From assembly GCA_013239625.1 (NCBI GenBank), contig MU054001.1, positions 685,884-749,883 of the forward strand: 64,000 nt of DNA, in the 5' to 3' direction. Positions 36,466-47,999 of this stretch are shown here, piece by piece. The stretch's first letter is position 1. Each line of letters begins with the position of its first letter. This DNA comes from Lama guanicoe. Lineage: Eukaryota. The translations under genes were made by a program, and so were the position numbers. Under the pieces are notes generated by a model, which was not told the DNA's origin, made no database searches, and saw nothing but the letters and a program-made list of their open reading frames with translations.

Positions 36466-37070
36466 TGTGGTAGTTAAAGTTTTGGTTACAAGTTACAGAA
36501 ATGGACTCCAGCTAGTTTATGTGGAAAAGAGTGAATTAGAGGGAGCCTCAGGAATTTAGTAAAAGTCAAGAAAATCAAGAGCTGGGAGTGGGCTGGAACC
36601 AGGCATCTGAATTGCCCTCGGGGGAACCAAGAAAGTTTGTTGGTTTGTTAGGTTTTTGCCCCCCTTTTTTCTTTCTCTGACTCCTACCCAATCTCAGTCT
36701 CTCTCTCTGTCTCTCTCTCTCTCACACACACACACACACCACACACACACATACACCACACACTTTGTGTCTTTCTGCTTCAATATCTTCTTTGTCTGCA
36801 TTGTGGATTTCTCTATTTCTCTTCTAAGTGGGGAAGCATGACCAACAAAAGCTCCCAGGTTTATACATGTTCAGTTTCCACCAATCTTGGTTCCATTTCC
36901 AAAATCCTAGTGAAGGGCTCTAATTGGCCCCCACTGGTCAGCCGCCCCAGTTGGGATCACTCATCTGTTGCATTTCACTAAGACTGTGATATTCACCTCA
37001 CAATAAGTGTGCAGTGGATGGGGAAGAGCAGTTCCCCGACATATGTGTAAATACAAGGTGTTGGGACAGC
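36466..37070 (-). mobile_element. Old MaLR LTR (MLT1K-N-like) containing a (CT)n(CA)n microsatellite at about 36697-36763
   Basis: 'ttttggttacaagttacagaaatggactccagctagttta'; 'ctctaattggcccc'. Confidence 0.6.
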
Positions 37071-37546
37071 TTTTGGGGACAAATAAGTTGAGTTTTCTTT
37101 AAAAAGACATTGTCCAAAACTTCTGAATTTAGAAGGAAGTAGCTAATTTTCAAATAATTCAAACCACCTTAAGGAACTATCAGTACAATTTGATTCTAGC
37201 TTCCTTTGATCAAGCCCATGCCTTGGGAAACGAGAGCTACTTCAGAGCCACCTCTAATGACGGCAGGATGCTGCCATTTTCAACACAAGTGCAAGCTGGT
37301 ATGATAATCTTGTTTTTGAAACTTGGGTGGATTTGATGTAGCTCCACTGTAGTAGGTTAGCCTTGAAAAAGGATGTTACAGTAGTCAGGCACTGGAGTAG
37401 AAAATGCTTCATGATCAGGGGACAATGCGGTTTCTTCAGTCATGGCCAACATAGAGACAGTTTCCCAGGATAACCACCAAGTGTTCAACAAAAGCAAAGC
37501 AGGTACCCCAATTTTGCCCAATAGTTTAACTTAGTAAACAGCATTC

Positions 37547-38048
37547 AACTATTAGTGATTCAGATCCCCAAATAACAATAACATGGACCAGAAAGGGGCT
37601 CATTTTTCTCTCATAAAATGAAGCCCTGAGGAAGGCAGCCCAGGCCTGATGCAGCAGTGACAGTCCAAGCCCAGGCTTCCCTCCTCCATCTCGTAGGCCA
37701 TCTCCAGCACGCTGTGTCCATCCTCAGGATTGTCTCAGCATCACAAGATGGACACTACTGTGCCAACCATCACCTCTATGTTTTAGGAAAGTAGGAGGGG
37801 AAAGACGAGAAGGCAAAAGGGCCCCTACCAATTTAGCCAGCAAGTTTTTAAGAACTTTCTCAGAAACTCCACCCAAAAATGTTCACTTAGTTTTTGTTGC
37901 TAGAACTTAGTCATGAGACCATTCCTTTCTGCAAGGGAGGCTGGGAATTGGAGACTTTGATTGGCTGTCATGCTGTCTTTTCCCTTAGATTCTCTGTCAA
38001 AGAGAAGAAACAAGATAATGAGTTGGTAGCCAGCAGTTTGTCTTACCA
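37547..38048 (-). mobile_element. MaLR LTR (MLT1J-like)
   Basis: 'tcacaagatggacactactgtgccaaccatcacctc', 'ctagaacttagtcatgagacc...gcaagggaggctgggaa'. Confidence 0.75.
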
Positions 38049-38159
38049 ACTTTGTTTTCTTTGATATTCCTCAGTTCCCACATATACATGAATGACTCTT
38101 GCACAGCTACGTGCTACTCTGTTCCCTGCATTGAGAATTATCCATTTTTGTGATTTCAT

Positions 38160-38650
38160 GTGTTTATTCATCTAACTAATATATTTTGAGCACTAACTGT
38201 GTGATGGCATTTTGAGATATGGCACAGAACAAAATTAAAGAAAAATCCCTGCTCTTACAGTTTCTTTTTAGTGAGAGAAAAGATGATAAAAAGAAAAAAA
38301 ACCCCATAAAATTGTGTGCACAGTGGTCACAAGTGCTAAGGCAAAGAAAACAAAGCAGGGCAGTGAGATGTGAATAAAGGCTTGAAGTAACAGTCATTGA
38401 AATTTTAGATTTGAAAACCCAGAAAGATCTCACTGATTTTTGGAATAGAGGCATAAGGGAGGAAGGGTGCTAGCTCCACGAAGAGCATTCCAGAGAGAGG
38501 AAACTGCAGGTGCAAAGGCCCTGTGGTGGGAGTGTCTTTGGGGTATCTGAAGAAAGAAAAGAAGTCAGTGTGCTTTAAGCAGTGTGTGGGGTATGTAGTG
38601 AATGAGTCAGAGGGAGGGTAGGGAGCCAATCACTTGGGCATCAGAGACCC
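38160..38650 (-). mobile_element. L2 3' end
   Basis: 'attcatctaactaatatattttgagcactaactgtgtg', 'gagcattccagagagaggaaactgcaggtgcaaaggccctgtggtgggag'. Confidence 0.85.
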
Positions 38651-38748
38651 TTCAAGTGACCCTTCAGCTTTCATTATTTTGCTTTGTTTCCCTACTTGGA
38701 ATTTCTATAAACTGATAAAGCTTTAGCTTTGCTTTTATTTTACTATTT

Positions 38749-38845
38749 TTTTTTAAATTAAAGTACAGTTGGTTTACAATATTGTATTAGTTTCAGGTGT
38801 ACAGCCTAGTGATTCAATATTTTTGTAGATTATGCTCCATTGAAA
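38749..38845 (-). mobile_element. Very short L1 3' end with TSD
   Basis: 'gtacagttggtttacaatattgtattagtttcaggtgtacagcctagtgattc'. TSD tattttactattt (38736-38748) / tatttcactattt (38846-38858). Confidence 0.85.
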
Positions 38846-38972
38846 TATTTCACTATTTGTTTAATGAAATATCAGGTTTATGGGCTGATTGCCAGCATTG
38901 GTGAATATTTCTGCTCCTGTCTCATCAGCTTTAATAACATTAGACACAGGCCTTTAATTATTCCCCTTATCT

Positions 38973-39005
<33 letters not shown>

Positions 39006-39015
39006 ACACACACAC
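38973..39015. repeat. (CA)n microsatellite
   Basis: Directly visible, one interruption. Confidence 0.95.
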
Positions 39016-39954
39016 TTGCAAATACTTTTTTTTAAAGTAGCATTGTTACTCACCAGCTGGCTGTGCTGGTGCACATTTTTATGTTCTCAGTTCTTTGTAG
39101 AAATTGAGTAATATGGCCTGATGTGGTTGACGTGAGTGGGTGAGAGGATGATGATATGTGAGAAACATATTAAATATGAAGGCGATCCTTGTACAAAGGG
39201 ATTTCAACCAGTGGATTTAAAGATGGGAACCAACCCAGCGGCAGATGGAGTTACTTAGAAGTAGTTAGAGAAGGAATTCCAAGTGCAAGCTGAAACACAA
39301 ACCTGGATTAAACCTTGAAAATATGAAAGGACTTTCATTACGAAGTTTGTTTCCATTTTTTTCTCTCTCTCTCCAAATCCCAGCCCCAAACTGTATGTCT
39401 CAGATGAATGGGGAGCAAGTGTAATTAACTGAATAGAGCAGTAAAAAGAGAATTATGGGATATGGAAAGCATTTAAATATGATTCATGGGTTTGGAGAGA
39501 TTGCAAACATGTGATAGATGCTCGGAAGAGGCCATCAGAGAGATTGTGCTGAGGGCTCAGTTGGGAAATGTCTAAAGCGTGCCCTCGAATCTTGGCAGTT
39601 CATATAATTAAAAGAGTAAATATTTTATAAAGATGAAGCAAATAAGATTTCACCAGCACCACACTCTGTGCCAGAAGTGATTAAACGTCAACCAAAAATG
39701 CATGCACATTTTTTCCTGGGGAAGCAAGATGTCTGCTTCTTCCCTCTGGAAGTCAGGACACCAGGGGCACTGTGCTTACCTGATTGCTGAGTGGATTACT
39801 AGTGACAGGAATCAGAAAGTAAGTGGAAACCAGGTCCTTGGCTACATGGTAGATGGAACCAGGACATGAGCTGGACTTCTACAAGAAGAAAGCCCCCCCA
39901 AACCTTTCATGTCACTTTCTTACAACCTCCAGGATATCAGCACGGGTCATGCCC

Positions 39955-40450
39955 ACAATGTGAAAGTTGAAATCATAAGGCTTCTTAAAGAAAACACAGG
40001 AGAATACCTTTATGACATTGGGATCAGCCAAGATTTGCTAGACAGGGACACAAGAAGAACTAACCATTAAACAGAAGATTTGATTAATTGAACTTGAATC
40101 CAAATTAAAACCTCTTCTCATTGAGAGAAACCATGGTGAAAATTAAAAAGCTAATCACAGATTGGGAGAAAATATTCACAAAATATATATTCATATCCAT
40201 AATATATAAACAGCTCCTATGAATCAATAACAAACCAAACAATCCAATTTTAAAATGAGCAAACAAAAACAAACCAAAAAATGGCCAAAAGACTTGAGCT
40301 GGAATTTCATAAGAGAAGATACATGAATGACAGATAAGACTATCAAAAGGTGCTCAATATTATGACTCATCAGGGAAATACAAATTAAAACCACAGTGGG
40401 ATACCAACAACAGTCAGCAGAATGGCTCAACTAAAGGAGTGTTGGAGAGC
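39955..40450 (+). mobile_element. Old L1M ORF2 fragment
   Basis: 'gaaaacacaggagaatacctttatgacattggga', 'gattgggagaaaatattcaca', 'catcagggaaatacaaattaaaaccacagtgggatacc'. Confidence 0.85.
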
Positions 40451-40599
40451 TATCACTATGGTCATCCTCACCTTCCACTTCCAGCTGGTGGCCAGGTCTT
40501 GGCTATGGTTCCCCTTACTGCCGCCAGTGACTCTGCTCCAAAACATTAGCTTCTGCCTTAGGACAGCCCCTCCCCATCTCTTCCTTCCACTCTGGAAAC

Positions 40600-41375
40600 A
40601 GCTTCCTTACCCATCTCCCTGACTCTAGTCCCTCTTCTTCCACTCTTCTTCACTCTGTTGCAAATCTGATCAAATCTGTCCCTGTCCCACGTTCTTGGTG
40701 AGTTCCCCAAGCCTCCAGGTAGAGTACCCCCTCCTCTAGCATCCTTGCCCCTCCAAAACCTCCACCACTGTCCTCATCTCAGGAACTTGCTCTGTTCCAG
40801 ACATGATCAACTACCTCTACAGATTCCCAGACACACTGGCTCTGTCTCCATTTGTGTGTTTGTTTCCTGGAGAGTCTCCCAGCCCATCCATATCACCCTC
40901 AGGATAAACACCAAACTCCTTACTGTCATCTCTAAGTCCCTGCATGGCCCATGTCTCCAAGTGAGTACCCACTTGCTCACTCTCTTTACTCCAGCCACTG
41001 AGATGGGAGGGTGGCGTGTGCTCTGTCCTGCCACAGGGACTTTGCACATGCCTTTGCCCTTTGCTTGAAATAGCCTACTCCTTTCTTCATCCAATTAATT
41101 CCTACTCAGTCTTCTGCTCTCAGCTCAGTTTTCCTCTGCCTTTACCTGAACTGATTCATATCCCTCTCATCCTCATAGCACCATGACCTCTCCTTTGCAG
41201 CATGTGTGTCATAGCTATAGTTTTATGTTCACTTATTTGATACTCCCCCCAACATACATACTGTCTCTCTCACCACACAGTAGGCAAGGACAGCATCTGT
41301 TTTCCCACCGTTACTCCCAGTGCTGACAGCCATGCCTGGCTTCTGGCAGGTGCTCAGTAAGCATTTGTGGAGGGG
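40600..41375 (+). mobile_element. L2 3' region
   Basis: 'ctcaggataaacaccaaactccttactg', 'cctgccacagggactttgcacatgcc', end 'gcctggcttctggcaggtgctcagtaagcatttgt'. Confidence 0.8.
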
Positions 41376-41550
41376 CAGGATGGCTCAGGTACACCCATAT
41401 TGCCTTGATCCATATCCTGACTCTGCCACTTACTAGCCGTGTCATCAAGTTACTTAACCTCTTGGTGCAGGGCTAGGACTACAGCAGGGGAAAGTGCCTA
41501 GGGTGTAAAATGTAAAGAGGTATCAGTCTAGGACCTCCCCCTTGTCCTGG

Positions 41551-42051
41551 TGTTACCAAACCAAACTTGGGTCTGCTCGCCAGGGCACAGTAAAGCCAGT
41601 CCACTGACATGGGGTTGTGGGGAAGAAAAGTGCAGCGTTTATTGCAGGGCGCCAAGAAAGGAGCCCAGGCAGCTAGTGCTCAAAATGCCCAAACTCCCTG
41701 ATGGGTTTCAGCAGAGCGTTTTTAATGGCCAGGTGAGGGAGGAGGGATCACGAGGCATGTGATCAGCTTGCTCACAATTCTCTGATTGGTTGATGGTGAG
41801 CTAAGAGGGTGGTGGCACAGGGATTAACGTTATCAATTCTCAGGCTCCAGTAGGTCTGGGGACTACATGCTCATGGTCATCAAGCAGTTAACCTCTTCCA
41901 TTGGGTGGAGTTTTGAGCATCTGTAAAACAATCCAGGAGATGTGCATCAGATACTGTTATCTGGGTACCTCAGAAGAGCTAAAGCAGAGGATGTGGGGAC
42001 GGGCTCTGTCCCAGGAAGGCCCCCACCCCCGTAAAGTCCTGCTCAGCTACG
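41551..42051 (-). mobile_element. ERV1-class solo LTR (MER41-like, cetartiodactyl)
   Basis: TG start and near-CA end; near 4-bp TSD ctgg/ctag; AATAAA on the minus strand near 41640; CCAAT ('ctgattggtt'). Nested in a MER91-like fragment inside a split MIR (about 41410-41465 and 42070-42165). Confidence 0.75.
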
Positions 42052-43599
42052 CTAGCCTTGTCTCTCAGCATCCTCCTGGGATAATAGCTGTGCCTGCATC
42101 CTGGACTTACCAAGATGAAATGATTCCGTGGATGCAAAGCACTTGGACCAGTTCCTGGCACAGAGTCTTCACCACTTGTCAAGTGGCTGAAGGCCTAGTT
42201 CATACCTTTCCTGTCACCTCTTCCTCCCAACTCAGGCCCACCTCTCCATGGGGCCCCCACTGTCACTGTCCACATCTGAAAAATGGCACTCGTAATAGTA
42301 CTAAGGTGTGTAGTTCTCATAGCAGATTACACATCTGTCACTGTCACTATGGAACAAAAGCACTTTGAAGACTTCTAAATCTTGAGTATCTCCTGACTTA
42401 GAAAAAGCCCCTAGCCCAGGTGCAGGAAAGAGGGTGTCCGCCTTGAAAACTGGGCGAATGAATATCTATTTGCTCCTCTCATTTAAGGCCAGGTCTGAGA
42501 GATGCTCCTACCGTGGAGGGCATGTAGCTCTGACTCCTGGTCCTTCAAGCTTCAGGATTTGAAACTGGTAGCAGGGGGAGGGGAAGGAAGGTGCACATTT
42601 CAAGCAGCATCCGTACCTGGTCTCAGGAAAGCCTGATTTGCTAGCAGAATGAGTCTAGCAAGAGCAGAAATGCTCAGAGAAGGAAACACCCCCAGAGGTA
42701 AACTTTTTTTTTTGGTTATTGTACAACTGGGAAGTTCATACATGTGGTGCTCCATCAGTCCATCTAGGTACGGCTTGAACCATCTAGGAAACACTGCACA
42801 GAGTCGTCCATTTCTAAGCCAGCCTCTTTTTCTTTCTTCTTTTCCTGCTTGGCACTCCTGGCCTCTGTCTCCCATTCCCTGCCATCCATGCCTGCATATC
42901 AAGAATACAGAAGGATCCCAGATTACAATTCCCTCCAACCGCCCTGAAGAGGGCCAGGATTGTGGCTTCTGTCCCTCTGTACACCCATTACCCCCATACT
43001 GAAATTCCATGTTGCCCAGCCCTGGTCAGATTTCTCACAGACCATGAGGTTGGTCACGAGGGGGCCACGGTCCAGGGCAACGGATTTTCCAGGCCTGGGG
43101 CTGCATACTCAGACTCGTGCCCCATGGATGGCCTGTCATCTTTAGAATGTAGAACAGTGTGTGTCTTTGTCTTGTAGAAGATGAATCCATCAGGAGACCC
43201 ACCTCTGGGGCTGATGGCTTAATGACTCACGTACAAATGCTGATTATTTTGAGCCTCGTGGGCAACTCTGAAACTGACATAGGTTTTCACACAGTCGGAC
43301 TCTGGTTTTATCTCCTACATCCGCTCCTCCACCCCTTTTCTCTCCAGCAGGAGAAACTAAGAACAAGAACTCTCCCAAAGTCCTCCTCGTTGAATGGAGG
43401 GAGCTGTTTGGAAGGGCTTACAGTTCCACAGGCAGACCTGGTCCAACACAGCGTGTGTCGTCCCCATCTCCTCCACTGAAAACACTGATGATTCCTGCCC
43501 TCTTAATCTGCATCAGTCTGTCTGGCATCGGCAAAGGGAGAAAGCCAAGCAATCCAGAACATTACCAGTCGCCTGGAGACGACAGAGGGTTAAGAACAA

Positions 43600-44010
43600 C
43601 CCAGAATGACATAAACTGGTGCAGCGTGCACTGCAGAGTGGATCACTTCCAGTTAAATTACAAAGGCTTCCGTTGCGATTATGATTTTATTCAAATCAAT
43701 ACTTACGAAGCCTGGAAATAGAGATGGAGAGGCCAGAAGGCAACACACAGCATGCCACACAAAGCACCTTTCCAATAAATATGCAAGAGTGTCTCCGCCA
43801 TGGAATCTATTGCTCCCGTGAAGTCAGCATAAATATGTGAAGTACTTAGCAACACCCGCTGCATGTATATTGGCAATTTGTCAGCGTGCTAGCAGCAGGA
43901 ACCCAATGCAAAAGTGCCTGGTGTTGGGCTGGTGTCGTTTTTCAGAATAGCAGTACAGGAAATTGCTAACTCTGGTTAATTCCTTTGAATTAAAATTACC
44001 CACATGTTTT
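43600..44010. promoter_or_regulatory. Candidate conserved non-coding enhancer block
   Basis: Repeat-free. ONECUT-type AAATCAATA (43693-43701), two ATAAATATG, RFX half-site TAGCAAC (43847-43853). Confidence 0.45.
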
Positions 44011-44122
44011 CCTGAAAGAACCACAAGTGATTCTTCAGGGAAACCCCCTCCCCACCTTTCTCCAGTGCTACCGACCAACCCGGGGTCCCTCAGATTCTCA
44101 GCTTCCGCTTCAAAGCCTAGCC

Positions 44123-44668
44123 TAGTTTGATGGATATCTTTTGTTTTATCTCACCCCTAGAACAGCCATCTCAGTTTTCCTCCAGGATAACTACCCCCCC
44201 CCATATCCTGAGCCAGTGGTAGTCTGGGTGGTGTTGGCTCCACCCTCAGCCTGTCTTTTGATCTGGCCAATCAGATAATCACATTTCTCTGGCCCCAGTG
44301 ATTGGTTCAGAGATAGGCATGTTCCTCAGTTTGGGCGGGTGAGAGTCAGGCCTAGGGATTTTGTTTAAGCTGCTTGGAAAAAAGAATCTCTTTCTTTCTG
44401 CAGCACTTGGAGCCTGAACAGTGAGCCTGCAGCTGCCTGCGAGCACCACATGGAGAAAGTCTACCTGAGAGCAAAGCCAACACAGAGGGAAGTGCAATCA
44501 ATTGAGTCCTAATGACATTGCTTGAGCCACTGGATCAAACCGTGCCTGAGGTAGTAATCTGAATTTTTTTAACTGTAAGAGCACATTTAAAAGTTACCAT
44601 GTGTTTGTTCAACAGGTTGAGTTTTTTTTTTTTTTTGGTCAGTCACAACTAAAAAACTAACTGATATA
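44123..44668 (+). mobile_element. MaLR LTR (MLT1K-like)
   Basis: 'ctggccaatcag', 'cagtgattggttcagagataggcatg', 'gagtcctaatgacattgcttgagccactggatcaaaccgtgcctga', end 'ctaactgata'. Confidence 0.8.
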
Positions 44669-46019
44669 AATCTCAGGAGCATACACACTAATGTTTCTAG
44701 TGCCCATGTTAGATAGATTAGTGAAATGAAATGGCTCTATAAATAAAAATAAGTAATCATTTTTAAAGGAGAATGGGATGTGGTTGAGGACAGAGGACAC
44801 TGGATGTGTCATCAGCATCCCTGGAGTTAGTGTCAATCACCCGTGGGCATCCCCCCAACCCTGTTCAGTCTTCACTGTATATGGAAGTGACACTTCATGC
44901 TTCCTCACCAGACCCAGGTCTTGGTCCTCTCTGGGTTTCAGCACTCAGGGCACGGAGGAGATGTTTGTGGTGTGACTTCTCTTGTCTGTAAAATGGGTCT
45001 CCAATGGAGATGTTTGTTAAGGCTGTGTATCCTGGGCAATCCTATGGCCACTGGAGAAGAAATCAACATCACAAAACAAGTAAAAGGGCCTTCTGTTTAT
45101 GCAGCTTAGATGGAGCTTAAACTTGAACTCTGAATTTTTTATCTTATCCCTGTACCACGTTCGCAATCCAGGATTTTCTATGAGGAAGGACGACTTGCTT
45201 TTACCAAAACTTCCTCAGAATCCTTTTAGTTGAGACATTATGCCTTGGCTTGAGGCTCTGGTTGTATTGCAGTGTCCCTGAGTTTGTGTTACTTCTGCAA
45301 AGATGGTAACTGGGGTGTGGGAGGGACTCAATTTGATGTGCTCTGTGCTGTTGAAATGTCTTGGCTCTCTCAGCCACAGAACAGCTCAGAAACGTGTGAT
45401 GAGCACATCTCTGGAGCAAAATGAGGATCTGAGTCCCATGTTAGGGTTGTGATCATAATCACAGCAAGGAACCGCTTTGCTGTTTTGTCGTCTGTACAGT
45501 CTTGTGTTTCAGCTCTGAGCTATCAAGTTTCCTATTACCCCCAATGCCATCTCGCCAGCACACTGGGTTCAAAATGGCACCAGGCAATGAGCTTTAAGGT
45601 TGGGTCACCGCTGTTGTAGCAGATGTAACTCTTGTCGAATAACACACGTGCCCCCTTAACATCTCCTGGTGACTTCTGCCTGAAAGGATAGGTTAAAGTA
45701 CTGTCACTCTTTATGGGGAGATATTTCATCTGCCAAATCGTTTTCAGTGAAACAATCAAAGCCGCCATGTGCAGCTCCAAAACGCAGGCAGGAACGAAGC
45801 AGGGAAAGTGCAAGGGCTTATATTCAATCTGGTTTGGGTTACAGCTACAAGTAGGAGAAGTGAGGCTCCAGAAATGACTGTCAGTTTCCCGATTTTAGTT
45901 CAGGAATGGATTGCGGTCTGGGCAGCTTGCAAAGCCATGTCACATTGAACTCAGCACCGAGGGACATCAGCCCTTTGAATGTGTCTCTATCCAGGACCTG
46001 CCCTGACTCCTTTTTTCCT

Positions 46020-46145
46020 AGGCGTGGTGGACATCATCTTCCCAATTAAGAGGTAAGTCCCACAAAGGCAGAGAATTTCCCCAGTGTCTACAGCAGTACC
46101 TGGCATGGAGTAGATGCCTATAAATTTTCGTTGAATGAAAGAATC
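46020..46145 (+). mobile_element. L2 3' end
   Basis: 'ccccagtgtctacagcagtacctggcatggagtagatgcctataaattttcgttgaatgaa'. Confidence 0.75.
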
Positions 46146-46439
46146 ACTCAAATTACAGGCACAAGTCTCCTTTGGGTGCTTACGATATTGGGAATGAAAA
46201 ATTGAATGTGCAAAAATTAATTATTGAACACACCGAGAGAAGAGTAGGGTCCCTCTGCAATCACAGCCTTGGTTTTGCGTGTAGGTTTCAAGACTTGAAA
46301 CTCTGCCATCACTGATAAGTGACAAGTTCACACTCTTAGTGCATGACTGCATGACAGTGAAAGCCAGCTCACCACACTCCATGTTTGTGTGGCCTGTAGG
46401 CCGGGTGCCCACAGCTCGCACACATGTGAGTCCAGCCTG

Positions 46440-46700
46440 CATTGGATTTGAAGTACAGTGAAATTAGTTGGCAATGTTTAAAATCTGGGAGATTTTTATT
46501 TTACAGTATGAGTTGATGGGTTTCCCTCAATAATAGAAAGGTTCTTTCCTTTCTACAAGGCATCAGTTGGCTGGAGCTGAGGTGTGGGTGGTCCCATGAA
46601 CTGAGCCATCCTGTGATGCCCAGTATGCCCTAGTCCTTACCTGAGTCCCCTTCCTTGCTCTCATAACCTACCTGGTCCTGAAGACTTTTGAGTTTGCTGC
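46440..46700. mobile_element. MER102-like hAT-Charlie element
   Basis: 'tttaaaatctggggagattt', 'ggctggagctgag', end 'cctggtcctgaagacttttgagtttgc'. Confidence 0.55.
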
Positions 46701-46704
46701 AGGG

Positions 46705-46925
46705 AGTTCTAGTTAAGGGCCCTGCCTCTGGAATCTGCATTTAGATTGCCTCCTGCTGTGTTACCCTGGGCAAGTTACTTAACTTTGCTGAGCATCAACT
46801 TCCTTATGTGAAATATGGTTCCTACTCCGTAGGTTGTTGTGAGAATCCAGTGAGTCCGAGCGTATACACAGCACTGAAAACAGTGCCCTGTAGACCATAA
46901 GTGTTCTATGTGTTTGCTACCATTG
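46705..46925 (+). mobile_element. MIR SINE
   Basis: 'gctgtgttaccctgggcaagttacttaactttgctgagcatcaacttcctt...gtaggttgttgtgagaatc'. Confidence 0.85.
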
Positions 46926-47386
46926 TCAGAAGGTGGGTAGGCATGTAGAATAGATTTGTCTCAGAGAGCAGCTGGAGAATGAAGCTTGGTGTAATTGTCT
47001 AAGACTCTGACAGTGGGTCATGCAACATCTTCCCTTTGAGCTACAGATAAGGCCTTGACACAGCTTTGCTGCACGGGATGATCTGTCACTTCCTGGAAGA
47101 TGAGGACCTAATCTTAGGGTCTTTTGTGCCTGTCACAGGGTAAATACTTGGTACAAATGACTTACTAACCAAATACTGGCTAGTTGATTTACTTCAAAGT
47201 CTCCAGTCATGTCCTAGCTCAATTAGATCCAAATTTTCAAGAGGATACAGAAATCCTAATTGTCAGGTAAAACTTCCCAATATTAAAAAAACGAAAACAA
47301 AAACAAAAAACAAAAATAACAAAATCTTGGTGGGGGTCCACTAAAACACACCTGCAGGCTGCATTCAGCCAGTGAATTCAGCTCCT

Positions 47387-47846
47387 TGTAACGGATGCCA
47401 TTGGTGCCCCTGGGATCTTATTACTTCAAGACCCTCAGAGATGTGCAGCACCTGTGTCCCTCAGCCTGGGGTCTTTCTCAGGCCACAGCATCCACTCAGC
47501 TCACACACAAGGACTTCAGTGCCAGAGAGTTGACCCTTTTCAGAAGTAGCTCACATTAATGGCTGATGGGAGTGGTGGATAAATACCCCAGCTCCCTCAC
47601 CCATCAGATAAGATAACTCTGAGACCCATGTTGTGTTCTACACTGGATCCCCCTACTCTCCAGCAGGATGGAGCCCCAGTTTGATTGGCTTAATAATGCA
47701 CCAGTTTTTGGCTGGCTGCCTCCCTTCCCCTCTCTCACTCTACTACCTACTCATTCTACTATCCTGTTACCTGAGACCACTTCCCTACAGCTTACACGTG
47801 AATTCTCATCACAGGGTCTACTTCTAGGAGAACACAAACTAAAATA
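47387..47846 (+). mobile_element. ERVL solo LTR (LTR16A-like)
   Basis: Starts 'tgtaacggatgccattggtgcccc'; 'ggataaataccccagctccctcaccc'; ends 'cagggtctacttctaggagaacacaaactaaaata'. Confidence 0.8.
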
Positions 47847-47999
47847 ATTCTCTTGGACACCTGTCAGTGTCATTGGCCAGGCATTGCAAAATGGATAGGC
47901 TTTGGAGCCTGAGAGCCTCTTTGGGGCCAAAATAAGCTTTCGTGATCCACCTAAACTTTTAGAGAATTCCCTCATAATTTTATAGCATGAGGGTAGGGG

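Noticed and set aside
41550..43010. Cluster of 70-155-aa ORFs
   Set aside because: They overlap LTR and MIR sequence or are low-information, with no gag/pol/env or host-protein motifs.
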